From a virus (lineage: Duplodnaviria > Heunggongvirae > Uroviricota > Caudoviricetes): a stretch of 64,000 bases of DNA. Position numbers and translations under genes: made by a program. The DNA is taken from the IMG/VR virus record IMGVR_UViG_3300017989_000052. One strand, given 5' to 3'. The notes below the pieces were generated by a model. The model did no database searches, had not been told where the DNA came from, and saw nothing but the letters and a program-made list of their open reading frames with translations. This document shows positions 1 through 9,042 of this stretch, one piece after another. Position 1 is the stretch's first letter, and each line of letters opens with the position of its first letter.

Positions 1-189
1 TAACTATCGTAGAGACTATTATTGAGGGCCGCTACAAATTCGGATATTCGTTTTGGATTCAATCCTGGATAACCTATAGACCTAAGTCTATTTTTACCCC
101 AACGCCCGTTGAGGATGCCCCTAACCTTCAGCAAGGTTTAACATCCAAATACCCCTTAATTCGGCAATACGTAAAAATGAGATTAAAGA

Positions 190-1011
190 ATGATTAAGCT
201 CATAAAAGCAAAGATCGTGACAAAAGTTGACCATAACCAAGAATTAATCCGCCTTTGGGTTAAACCCGAAGCTCCTGTTGAATTTAAACCTGGGCAATAT
301 ATAACACTTTCATGGGGGAAAACAAAGCGGGCTTATTCCGTTGCTTCTGCCCCACACGAAGAATTAATTGAGCTATTTATCGCACGAGTCCCGGACAAAC
401 TTAAAACAGAAGAATCCTTAACCCCTCCATTATGGGAGATGAAGGTTGGGGAGGAATTAGAGATGAAACCCACCGCAAAGGGAAAGTTTCTTTTAGACCC
501 AGAATTTAAAACTCATGTCTTTGTAGCAACAACTACCGGCATTGCTCCTTTTGTTTCGATGATAAAAGCCTATGCCCATCGAACATTTGAGAAACCAGAA
601 GGGTATTATAAAAAGAAATTCGAAAATATCTATATCTTCCAAGGGGCTAGCTACGAAGACGAATTTGGATACGACCAAGAATTGCTTGCGCTAGATGAGA
701 CATACCCTGAAATTACTTACCGTAACACGGTAAGCCAAATTCCGGGGCTTGAAAAACACCCAGGCCGCAACAAAAATTGGTTGGCAGATGACCAGCAACA
801 CGATATTATGCGGGTTAATCGTAATCTCCTCTGGTATTTTGGCCAGTATGGAATTAGACCAGAGGATACAGTAGTTTATGTTTGTGGCAATGAAAAAATG
901 ATTGATGATTTATCTTATGGGTCTACTGCAATAGAGCAACGTCGAAAAAAGCGGCCTTTCGGGCAACTAGTTAACCTAGGGTACGAGGTAAGAAAAGAAG
1001 TTTATTTTTAA
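190..1011 (+). CDS. Ferredoxin/flavodoxin-NADP+ reductase (FNR-like)
   Basis: FAD motif RAYSVASAP, ATTTGIAPFVSM (GTGIAP-like), YVCGN and C-terminal E-x-Y-F. Confidence 0.88.
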   Translation: MIKLIKAKIVTKVDHNQELIRLWVKPEAPVEFKPGQYITLSWGKTKRAYSVASAPHEELIELFIARVPDKLKTEESLTPPLWEMKVGEELEMKPTAKGKFLLDPEFKTHVFVATTTGIAPFVSMIKAYAHRTFEKPEGYYKKKFENIYIFQGASYEDEFGYDQELLALDETYPEITYRNTVSQIPGLEKHPGRNKNWLADDQQHDIMRVNRNLLWYFGQYGIRPEDTVVYVCGNEKMIDDLSYGSTAIEQRRKKRPFGQLVNLGYEVRKEVYF

Positions 1012-1047
1012 GATGCAAAATTTGACCCCTAAACTAAAAGGTATAGA

Positions 1048-1422
1048 ATGTTAGAACAACAAAAGAAAAATATCAAAAATTTAATTGAATACACGAACGA
1101 CCAAGTAGAGCTTCAACTTTGTGAAGCTGCTGCCACTATTCGCAAAGCAGCAGTGAAGCCATTTTGCGATGAGCATGGTTTAATTTTTAAGCAAGGGATG
1201 GGAGCTTTCATCTTTATGTTTAAGGATGAAGCAAAGAAACATATTAAGCTATGCTGCTCATCGACTGCTTTTGGGGGGACTTCGACTATTTCGGACAAAG
1301 ACGCCGAACTTTTAGGAGAAGGCTTCATTGAAGAGCTAGAAGAAGTCTCAGACACTATTTACGAGGACCTAGGGGGACGGCCCAATTTCCAATATATGGA
1401 GGATTACCCAAATGGCGACTGA
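1048..1422 (+). CDS. hypothetical protein
   Basis: 124 aa ORF in the co-directional run; no motif recognised. Confidence 0.55.
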   Translation: MLEQQKKNIKNLIEYTNDQVELQLCEAAATIRKAAVKPFCDEHGLIFKQGMGAFIFMFKDEAKKHIKLCCSSTAFGGTSTISDKDAELLGEGFIEELEEVSDTIYEDLGGRPNFQYMEDYPNGD

Positions 1423-1624
1423 AGAAATCGTTGTAACTTTAGCAGAGCAGAAAAATAGATGGGTTGGGGGTATTGTTCTTATTGGAACCCCGGACTCGGA
1501 GAATGAGTATCTTCTATTTTTACATGAGGATGGCGAGTTTTACCCCGATAGGCCTAACGCGAAAGTTTTTAGGTCTGCTAAAAAAGCCTGGTATGCTGTT
1601 GCCAAGGAACTTGAGAATAGATAA
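1412..1624 (+). CDS. hypothetical protein
   Basis: 70 aa, overlaps neighbours in coupled fashion. Confidence 0.5.
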   Translation: MATEEIVVTLAEQKNRWVGGIVLIGTPDSENEYLLFLHEDGEFYPDRPNAKVFRSAKKAWYAVAKELENR

Positions 1625-2043
1625 TGTTTGCATCGTCCCAAAAAACTCTTAGGCTAACACAAAGTTTCCCCTTTAAAACGAAAATTATTGCCCAACTTTG
1701 GGGCCATTCTTATAATAATTTAGTTTATGAGCAACCCCTGAATAAGATTCCTTATCGAAAGGACTTAGCCCCTCTTATTCTTGCTATTTTGGAAGTTTAT
1801 AAATCCTCCAAGGACTTGGAAAAGCTAGTTAACATAGAATTAAAAACTTCCGTTCTCCTACAAGCCGAAATTATACTTGACTATGGGGTTGATTCAGAGT
1901 ACTATACCTTAAATATAGTAAAAATAAAAGAAGAAGAGGTTCTCCCGCTTCCCCGGATAGAAAATTACTTAACAAATAAACTTCCCATTTTTCGTCGGGT
2001 AGCAAAACAAGTTATTAAAAAGAGGGATAGCGAGTATAGTTAG
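1624..2043 (+). CDS. hypothetical protein with C-terminal LT[H/S]-x4-R tag
   Basis: C-terminal YLTNKLPIFRRVAK. Confidence 0.6.
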   Translation: MFASSQKTLRLTQSFPFKTKIIAQLWGHSYNNLVYEQPLNKIPYRKDLAPLILAILEVYKSSKDLEKLVNIELKTSVLLQAEIILDYGVDSEYYTLNIVKIKEEEVLPLPRIENYLTNKLPIFRRVAKQVIKKRDSEYS

Positions 2044-2108
2044 ACGTTACCTAAAGAAAAAGAATATTCTTTTTCGAAATTTCGTAAAAGGATTATAGTG
2101 AAGCTCTA

Positions 2109-2474
2109 ATGTTTGAACAGTATATCACACACAAAGATCCTAAAATTAGGGGGCTGGTAAAAAAGGTTAACCGTCTTTTAGAAAAAGGGGAATTCAAGCA
2201 TGCGGCTGGTTTCGTCCAAAAAGAGCGAGAGGAGCTTTCAAGAATGATTAAGGCCCCCGTGAGGCCCATAACAACTAACGCCCAGTATAGGGCTGAAATT
2301 GAATTAGATAAAAGGATCGAAGAGTATCAAAGTATTATCTACCCACTTGAATTAGCAGTTACAAAAAAATATTATCGAAGTTTAAGAGAAAGACGAGAAA
2401 AAACACATCGAAAGTTATTGTGGTTATACGTTGCAGTTATTGTAGCCTACATGCTATTACAAATTTTTGGATAA
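2109..2474 (+). CDS. membrane-anchored protein with N-terminal tag (paralog of 27111..27527)
   Basis: N-terminal YITHKDPKIRGLVK; C-terminal hydrophobic helix LLWLYVAVIVAYMLL. Confidence 0.65.
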   Translation: MFEQYITHKDPKIRGLVKKVNRLLEKGEFKHAAGFVQKEREELSRMIKAPVRPITTNAQYRAEIELDKRIEEYQSIIYPLELAVTKKYYRSLRERREKTHRKLLWLYVAVIVAYMLLQIFG

Positions 2475-2658
2475 GGAGAAACTAATGCTAGTAACAAAAT
2501 GGACAGAAACTAAGGAAGAATGGCTTGTGTTATCTGGGTCTCTAGAAGAAACGGGGGAACTCGCTTCTCAATATTTCGACGCCGGCGCTAAAATTCAGGG
2601 GGAAGAAACGGAAATGCCCGAAAACGAGTTTAGGGCTCTTTCAGAATTTGGAGGATAA
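2467..2658 (+). CDS. hypothetical protein
   Basis: 63 aa coupled ORF. Confidence 0.5.
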   Translation: MDKEKLMLVTKWTETKEEWLVLSGSLEETGELASQYFDAGAKIQGEETEMPENEFRALSEFGG

Positions 2659-2661
2659 AAA

Positions 2662-2907
2662 ATGCCAGACAGCGGAAAAACCCTAGCCGAAGCAACCCGA
2701 GAGGAGTTAATGGAAGAACTTGTTCAAAGATGCCAGTCGATTGTTATGGCGGCGGTGTGGAGAGACCCAGACGAGCTTTCAAAAGAGGAGATTACGAGAA
2801 AGCGAATTTGTATGGGGAATGGGCTAGAATGTCTCGGGTTGGTCCGTCTCCTAGATGACTATGCCTTAAAACTCTATTATGGAACAAGTAAACGCTATGA
2901 CAACTGA
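2662..2907 (+). CDS. hypothetical protein
   Basis: 81 aa; GGA upstream of the start. Confidence 0.55.
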   Translation: MPDSGKTLAEATREELMEELVQRCQSIVMAAVWRDPDELSKEEITRKRICMGNGLECLGLVRLLDDYALKLYYGTSKRYDN

Positions 2908-3394
2908 AATTATTGAAATCGTAACAGAGTTGAGTTTTGGTTCTCTTACTATTGGCGTGTCCTCTTTTGACATTCCAACTCTTTGTCGTAGAATAATAGA
3001 GGAGGATAAACTAACTTTAGAGTTTACTTACTTTACCACAACTAAAGAGTCCTTAAAGAAGAAAAAATACGGATCGGGGATTCGAGTATACAGAGGAAAG
3101 AACTCAGGACGAATCCATAAAATTCAAATTCTAAACCTGAGTCTTCTAAAGGATGAAACGTGGCACGAGTTTATTGTAGATAGTATTTTATCAAGCATCT
3201 CGAGCTATGTCTATGGAAAATCCTGGCACGAACATATTATAAAGCAAGCGGTTCGGGAAGTTCTTAAACCCTTTCGGAATAAGGCAGGGTTGCCTACTGT
3301 TGGGACAAGTCAGTTAAGGGTTGTAGGCCCCGCACCAAAAAACCTTGAAGAACCTGTCCAAAATTATTTTCCAGAAACTAAAGTTCTCGGCTAG
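2897..3394 (+). CDS. hypothetical protein
   Basis: In-frame ATG at 2897 overlaps the upstream stop region; followed by a terminator. Confidence 0.55.
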   Translation: MTTEIIEIVTELSFGSLTIGVSSFDIPTLCRRIIEEDKLTLEFTYFTTTKESLKKKKYGSGIRVYRGKNSGRIHKIQILNLSLLKDETWHEFIVDSILSSISSYVYGKSWHEHIIKQAVREVLKPFRNKAGLPTVGTSQLRVVGPAPKNLEEPVQNYFPETKVLG

Positions 3395-3414
3395 TTCCTC
3401 TACATAATAATTTG

Positions 3415-3442
3415 ACCCTGGCACTTGCCAGGGTTTTCTTTT
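3415..3442 (+). terminator. Rho-independent terminator
   Basis: accctggc-actt-gccagggt hairpin followed by a T-rich run. Confidence 0.8.
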
Positions 3443-3450
3443 GGTGTTCT

Positions 3451-3479
3451 TTCGTTAGTCAAAAGGGAAACATTATATA
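3451..3479 (+). promoter_or_regulatory. putative phage promoter (CGTT-N17-TATAT class)
   Basis: ttcgtt-N17-tatata directly after a terminator; same geometry at 7 other intergenic sites. Confidence 0.6.
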
Positions 3480-3834
3480 AAGGAGGACCCAAAAAGGGAT
3501 ATCTGGCATTAAAATAGCCAATCATTAAGTTATCATAGAAGATTATTTATCTTCGGCTTATTGATTGTTCAATCGAGCCTTAAAAACTTCCATAATTGAA
3601 AGAAAACCTTATTTCAGATCGATTTTTTTATGATTTTACTTTTTCATTATTGGTTTACAATCAAAGACCCTTAAAGCCTCTATTAAGGTGTAATTCCCGA
3701 TTTAACTCTTCCTTCCATTGGTTTGTTATAATCTTCACCGGCTTATTGGGATGCAAGGTTGAAAATCTAAAACCTGATTCAATATTACAAAGGAATTTAC
3801 AAAGTTTAATATGTAAAATACCTTTTTAAAGAAT

Positions 3835-4392
3835 TTGTTTTTAATAAATAGGATTCAAATGAAATATCGAACCGAGTTTGAAGGGCAGCTTCAAGAGGAA
3901 TTCGATCGGAGAGTTCAAAGAATCAGCAGATGGGAAGAGACTGCATCCGTTCTGGTTGGGAAATTCCGGGAATTCTACCGAGAACAGATTCTACTAAGCT
4001 TTTTTGCCCAGAACCCCAACGAGGAGCGGACAGATTATAATCAAACCTTATGCCAGGGTTGGAGAGCTTTTTGGAGTGAGATTGTTTCTATCGATCCTTT
4101 CTCCCTTACCTTTATCGAAACCTTCCAAAAGTTTATTTCAAATGTAATCCTGACCAATTCTTATTTCAAAATCGTTAAGGTACAATTCTCCCTCGAAGAT
4201 TATAAATATGTCATTGTTGATAATCCCCCTTGGGGTAGTAGAGTTCACATTCAAGTCCGCTACGCAGAACCTGAGGAGGAAAAGGCTACTCAAAGTTCCG
4301 ACACGCTGATCGAAGGCTGGAAACAACAACTCCGCTGCGTCCGACAAAATTGCATAATTGGTTGGAAACTAGAAGAAGATGGAGACTATTAA
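3835..4392 (+). CDS. hypothetical protein
   Basis: 185 aa ORF (start may be the ATG at 3859). Confidence 0.55.
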   Translation: MFLINRIQMKYRTEFEGQLQEEFDRRVQRISRWEETASVLVGKFREFYREQILLSFFAQNPNEERTDYNQTLCQGWRAFWSEIVSIDPFSLTFIETFQKFISNVILTNSYFKIVKVQFSLEDYKYVIVDNPPWGSRVHIQVRYAEPEEEKATQSSDTLIEGWKQQLRCVRQNCIIGWKLEEDGDY

Positions 4393-4395
4393 TCC

Positions 4396-4884
4396 ATGAA
4401 AAACACCACAACGCTAGTCATCGTTGATGTTCAACCTGGATTTGAGACAGCAAAACATGCCGTTGCTGGAGTTTTACATCAAATTAAATTAGCAAAAAGA
4501 CGCAAAGCAGGTATTATCGTAGTTGAATATGATATCGGGGAATATGGGGCCTCGCTACCGGAAGTAAGAAAAGAAATAGGGTCTTATAGAAATGTTGTTT
4601 ATACTGAAAAATGTAATGATGATGGATCGATGGAGATTATAGATGCCGGAGAAACAGCACGGTTTAATTTAAGAAAAATTCGTTTTTGTGGGGTTAACGC
4701 TCTTTATTGTGTACATGACTCAATTTTTGGTTTTCTTAGAATGCAAAAAGAATCCAAGGTTGAAGTTGCTTTCGACGCATGTTTTTGTGATTCCGCCATA
4801 GGCAAAAAGAACTTTAGAAAAGTAAAAGAAATGTGGAAACGGATCTATGAACAAAACGAAGGAAACTTAAAAATCATAGACTAA
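4396..4884 (+). CDS. isochorismatase/cysteine hydrolase family protein (nicotinamidase-like fold)
   Basis: IVDVQPGF (Asp), YTEK (Lys), GVNALYCV (Cys) triad pattern; the His metal ligands typical of PncA are not evident. Confidence 0.75.
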   Translation: MKNTTTLVIVDVQPGFETAKHAVAGVLHQIKLAKRRKAGIIVVEYDIGEYGASLPEVRKEIGSYRNVVYTEKCNDDGSMEIIDAGETARFNLRKIRFCGVNALYCVHDSIFGFLRMQKESKVEVAFDACFCDSAIGKKNFRKVKEMWKRIYEQNEGNLKIID

Positions 4885-4938
4885 AACGGGCAAAATTAGA
4901 TGTGTTAAAAGGTGCCGAGAAGCATGAAAAGGAAACAA

Positions 4939-5538
4939 ATGAAACCCATTGTAATTGGCCTCTATGGTGGGGTAGGTGCCGGAAAAGACCTTGTCGCCAA
5001 TGAATTTCGTTACTTGGGGGCGGAAATTTTAGACGCGGATGCCGAAGTTACAAAATTATATACAAAAGCTTCTATCCGCAATGCCGTGGCGAAAAAATTC
5101 GGCGCTGATATTGTGGTAGGGAATAGGGTTGACCGAAAAGCTTTAGCAAAAATGATCTTCACAAATCCCACTGCGCGTCATGACCTTGAGGCCATTCTTC
5201 ATCCCCCAATTCATGAACGATTTCAGCAATATATTGCATCCGCTGATGCCCCAGAGGTAATCATATTAAATGTCCCTCTGTTGTTTGGTTCCCAGATGGA
5301 ATCGCTGGTAACTGTCGGGGTGTTTATTGACGCGAGCGAAGAAATTCGGGAAGAGCGAGTGATTAAATATCGTGGGTGGCAACCAGGGGAATTAGCTCGC
5401 CGGGACGCAGCACAACCAACACTTCCTGAAAAACGGAAACGATGCACACATATTGTTGATAATAATAAAACACAAGCAGAGGTTAAACACCAGGTACGAG
5501 GTATCTGGGAAAAATTATTCCAGAAGTCCGTAACTTAG
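4939..5538 (+). CDS. coaE: dephospho-CoA kinase
   Basis: GLYGGVGAGK P-loop, ILDAD, VDRKALAKMIF, LEAILHPPI, NVPLLF. Confidence 0.9.
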   Translation: MKPIVIGLYGGVGAGKDLVANEFRYLGAEILDADAEVTKLYTKASIRNAVAKKFGADIVVGNRVDRKALAKMIFTNPTARHDLEAILHPPIHERFQQYIASADAPEVIILNVPLLFGSQMESLVTVGVFIDASEEIREERVIKYRGWQPGELARRDAAQPTLPEKRKRCTHIVDNNKTQAEVKHQVRGIWEKLFQKSVT

Positions 5539-5559
5539 CAAAAGACTGCTTAGCCTAAG

Positions 5560-5901
5560 ATGTTCAATAATAAGGATCCACGATGGAGTTCAATGATACC
5601 GGAACCTGGTATCTATGATATAACAGAGGGGCACCACGTTTTTATTAGGTATAGCGGGCAATCCCCGATATTTGTTTTTATAAAAACAAAAGCCTTAGAA
5701 CAATTCAAACAAGGGGAACCCGCTGTTAGTCTATTATTTGTAACACCAAGCAGATATTCAGAAATGTTTTGTAACTTAGGGGCAGCAGGAACGATTTTCC
5801 ATGTTATTATAGAGGAGAAGTTTAATTCTAAGTCAGTAAGCCCCACTCAATTTCTCACGCATCCTTCCCCACAGATTCGGCAAGCTGCGAAAGACTTCTA
5901 A
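5560..5901 (+). CDS. hypothetical protein with C-terminal tag
   Basis: C-terminal FLTHPSPQIRQAAK. Confidence 0.65.
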   Translation: MFNNKDPRWSSMIPEPGIYDITEGHHVFIRYSGQSPIFVFIKTKALEQFKQGEPAVSLLFVTPSRYSEMFCNLGAAGTIFHVIIEEKFNSKSVSPTQFLTHPSPQIRQAAKDF

Positions 5902-5902
5902 A

Positions 5903-6250
5903 ATGTTTGAAAAACCTCCATACTGTGTTATTTTTAACTCTATTGAAATATATAAGCAGGAAATTTATTGGCTCCCAGATAAGCCAGACGACTTAACTAT
6001 TAAATCGCTTGTTATTTCTTATCTCCATAAATATGAAAAATCTTTAGTGAATCAGGTGTTGAAGATTCAGATTAAAGAACCCTCGTCGACGAATTGGAGA
6101 AAAGAAATTCTTGTCTTTCTCCGGCATGCTACGATGCATATTCAATTCATTGAAGGTTTCCCTCAACTTGATTTTCCTTGTATGGAAGAAATGCTAACAC
6201 ACGAAAATGCTTATATTCGTAAAATAGCAAAAATGAAACTTGAGGAATAG
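5903..6250 (+). CDS. hypothetical protein with C-terminal tag
   Basis: C-terminal MLTHENAYIRKIAK. Confidence 0.65.
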   Translation: MFEKPPYCVIFNSIEIYKQEIYWLPDKPDDLTIKSLVISYLHKYEKSLVNQVLKIQIKEPSSTNWRKEILVFLRHATMHIQFIEGFPQLDFPCMEEMLTHENAYIRKIAKMKLEE

Positions 6251-6252
6251 TT

Positions 6253-6546
6253 ATGTTTGAGAAGAAACTTTTCGAAGTCCAGTTAACAAAGCAGGTTTAT
6301 CTTTATTTCGAAGATAATGTTTTGCATATTATCACCCCTAATGGGTATCGAAAAGTTCCCAGGATAAGTAGGGTTTATGTTTACTGGGAAGGTGCATTAC
6401 AAAAGCATTTCACCCTAAATTATTCTGTTGCATCAATGGTAGAACAGCCTCTCTCAATTCTTCTCACACACCCAGATCCTGGAGCGCGAGATTGGGCAAA
6501 AGAAAAGCTTAGAGTTGCGCTAATTTCACAAAATAATAATTTTTAG
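6253..6546 (+). CDS. hypothetical protein with C-terminal tag
   Basis: LLTHPDPGARDWAK near the C-terminus. Confidence 0.65.
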   Translation: MFEKKLFEVQLTKQVYLYFEDNVLHIITPNGYRKVPRISRVYVYWEGALQKHFTLNYSVASMVEQPLSILLTHPDPGARDWAKEKLRVALISQNNNF

Positions 6547-6636
6547 GGTTACCAGAATCTTAAGATCCCGTTTATACTATTAAAGGGGAAATGAAACTTT
6601 AGAAGAAAATGTGTTTAACTGTACAAGGAGTAAAAA

Positions 6637-6828
6637 ATGGGTGCCGACTCTACCTTGACCGTTAGCCGTGCTGCTGCCCTTCAAAAGCTTTTTGAGCAAC
6701 TCGGCGCAGCAACAAACAAACAGCTAGAGGATATGCTTTACCATTTATGGGGAGCGGAAAACCTCCACAACTTTATTGTTCTCGATACCCCGACAGAGCC
6801 AGATGATGAGAAAATAAGACACTGCTAA
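6637..6828 (+). CDS. hypothetical protein
   Basis: 63 aa with AGGAG RBS. Confidence 0.55.
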   Translation: MGADSTLTVSRAAALQKLFEQLGAATNKQLEDMLYHLWGAENLHNFIVLDTPTEPDDEKIRHC

Positions 6829-6915
6829 GTAGCTAGGTTAACCAGATAAGATTTAACCAACCTTATTCAGTATAAGGATTAAGAGGTTTTTGGTTGTCAC
6901 CTCCGGAGGTTATCC

Positions 6916-7911
6916 ATGTTCCCAATCACTGCGAACCTTGCACCCACAAAAATTCAAGTAGACGCAAAAGTAAAGGATATCCTCCTAAATGAGGCAGCAA
7001 GAAAAGCTTGCATCTATAAGGCAGCCACAGTCTCTGAGGTACTTGACTTAGAGATATTCCCACACCAACTTGGTACTTGTGCCCTTGATTGGTTAAAAGA
7101 CCACGAAGACATTTATTGGTTTCAGGACGAAGTAATCAACGCAGTAAAAGAGCACATTAACTTCGATTTATTTGAAAGCCACCTATCACAATTAGTACAA
7201 GTTTCTGAAATAAAACACGCCCGTCAGGATGATCTTGATATTGGCCTTTATCATAGAAGCTTTATGAGTGCCCCTATATTTGATAATTTCGAAGCTATGA
7301 GTTTCTACAAGTTTAATCTTCTTTTAGCCTTAACTCCTGTTGCGGGGGTGCCTAAACCGTCTACCGAAAGGTATCAGTTTTTTAATGGGGGCACTACGGA
7401 TTTACAAGTTTCTTTTTTATTACGCGAGGAAAACCACCATTTAGGCCATCTGGTTAGAATGTCTCCTTCTTATGCTAGTCTTTATAAATACTTTTTTAGA
7501 CTTCTCCGGGAGCGGAGGTTTGTGGGGGGTTGTATATCACCACCCTTTGGTTGCATAGATATGCAGCCAGCTGAAATCTTAAATGAGCTTAAAGGCTTCG
7601 ACCTACGACCGGCGTTAAGAAAAGTAAAAAAGTTCACGCAAGGATGGAAAAAAGTAGCAATTCGAGAAGAAATCACCCACGAGAATTTAACAAGCAAAGG
7701 CGCGGAAATAAGAAAAAAGGAGAAAAGGGAGCTTATTAAAATAAACCTCCATTTTAATAAGTTTCTGCCAAAATTCGCAGAAAAGTTAATTAAGGAAATA
7801 GATAAAACTAATAACGATTTGTCCCAGGTCAACTTTCAGAAACTTTCAGAAACTTTCCGGAAGAGAGTGGTTATCCCAGCCCTAAAGAAAGAAGGAATCA
7901 ATGAACATTGA
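6916..7911 (+). CDS. uncharacterised protein, paralog of 13578..14420
   Basis: GGAGG RBS; C-terminal half aligns by eye with the 13578 ORF (FDLRP/YDFRP, HENLT/YENLT, VVIPALK). Confidence 0.7.
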   Translation: MFPITANLAPTKIQVDAKVKDILLNEAARKACIYKAATVSEVLDLEIFPHQLGTCALDWLKDHEDIYWFQDEVINAVKEHINFDLFESHLSQLVQVSEIKHARQDDLDIGLYHRSFMSAPIFDNFEAMSFYKFNLLLALTPVAGVPKPSTERYQFFNGGTTDLQVSFLLREENHHLGHLVRMSPSYASLYKYFFRLLRERRFVGGCISPPFGCIDMQPAEILNELKGFDLRPALRKVKKFTQGWKKVAIREEITHENLTSKGAEIRKKEKRELIKINLHFNKFLPKFAEKLIKEIDKTNNDLSQVNFQKLSETFRKRVVIPALKKEGINEH

Positions 7912-8233
7912 ATTTATCCCATCCGCTTATAATATTCATATTCCAGACTCCATCAAAGATTTTATCAAGCTTGAAGACGGAACACACGAAATGCTTGATA
8001 AAAGAAGGCCTCTTCGGATTGAGCGAAGAGACTACCATAAGGATGTGTGGTGTATTCACGATGGTTTTGGATGTATGAACCGTCAATTCAAATTCGACTA
8101 TGAATCGCTTCCCTCGAACCGAGAGGATGAGTGGTTAGCAGATCACAGATTCTCGTTGGAAGAAGCAAAAAAACTAGTTACGCAGCTTTTCTCCCTATGG
8201 GAAAAAAATGGCGTGGAGGACCCCCGAAAATGA
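7901..8233 (+). CDS. hypothetical protein
   Basis: 110 aa coupled ORF. Confidence 0.55.
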   Translation: MNIEFIPSAYNIHIPDSIKDFIKLEDGTHEMLDKRRPLRIERRDYHKDVWCIHDGFGCMNRQFKFDYESLPSNREDEWLADHRFSLEEAKKLVTQLFSLWEKNGVEDPRK

Positions 8234-8538
8234 TAGATTCCTACGACATCCGAGACTGGTTTGAAGAACACACAAAGGGCCTGCTAATCCTTATTCCAAT
8301 TATTATCCTTCTCATCTATGGAATCATCGCCCTATTTGAATACGAGGCTGTTCAAAAAAAAGAAATTGAAATTACAAAATCGGGAAGTGGCCAAATAGTT
8401 ATGCTAGAGGGTCGGGACAAAGAATTAATGCTAGCAAAGTTTGAAAGCGATTATGCAGAGGGATACGAATTTATTTCAATTGGCAAAGATGCAGATGGAG
8501 AGTATATTTTTGTAATCTCCCAACGGGAGGAGAATTAA
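8230..8538 (+). CDS. single-pass membrane protein
   Basis: ATG at 8230 overlaps the previous stop; hydrophobic LLILIPIIILLIYGIIALF. Confidence 0.55.
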   Translation: MIDSYDIRDWFEEHTKGLLILIPIIILLIYGIIALFEYEAVQKKEIEITKSGSGQIVMLEGRDKELMLAKFESDYAEGYEFISIGKDADGEYIFVISQREEN

Positions 8539-8539
8539 A

Positions 8540-9034
8540 ATGTTGGAACGCAAAATACCAGCAATTAAATATCTGGGGCTTTTTCTTTCCTATGGTTTGG
8601 TTGCTTGGGTTATTATCTTTTGCTCGATACAGCTCGCACAAATAAGTGCCTGGTTTCTTTTCTTCTGGTTAGCTCTGTTTTTGCTCGGGTTTTTCGTTGC
8701 AAGATTAGCAGAATCTATCAAAAATTTTGGGGAGCTGGAACATCGACGGATTTATATTGTAGAACGAGAAGACGCTTTGGGAAAAGTTAACGTCCTTATT
8801 TGTTTTTGCACCCTTTTCAAAATAAAGATTTACGCGAGCGAGTATTTTTGTAAGAAAAATAGCAATATCAAAGCCGGAGAAATTATAACGGTATCCAGAC
8901 TTAATCCTAAAACCTATCAGGCAATTGATTTTATACACCTTTATTACTACAAAGTAGGGGTAACCGAGCTACTAACGTATCCTTACCCAAGCGCAAGGAA
9001 ATTTGCGAAACTAGTTCTAAACAAGAAAATATGA
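8540..9034 (+). CDS. two-TM membrane protein with C-terminal tag
   Basis: Two N-terminal hydrophobic helices; C-terminal LLTYPYPSARKFAK. Confidence 0.65.
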   Translation: MLERKIPAIKYLGLFLSYGLVAWVIIFCSIQLAQISAWFLFFWLALFLLGFFVARLAESIKNFGELEHRRIYIVEREDALGKVNVLICFCTLFKIKIYASEYFCKKNSNIKAGEIITVSRLNPKTYQAIDFIHLYYYKVGVTELLTYPYPSARKFAKLVLNKKI

Positions 9035-9042
9035 AATATAGA

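Noticed and set aside
3596-3829. ORF 3596..3829
   Set aside because: TTG start, no RBS, and atypical composition in an AT-rich gap; not supportable as a gene.
4396-4884. Firm assignment as nicotinamidase pncA
   Set aside because: The catalytic Asp/Lys/Cys pattern is present but the PncA metal-binding His residues are not evident, so it is kept at family level.
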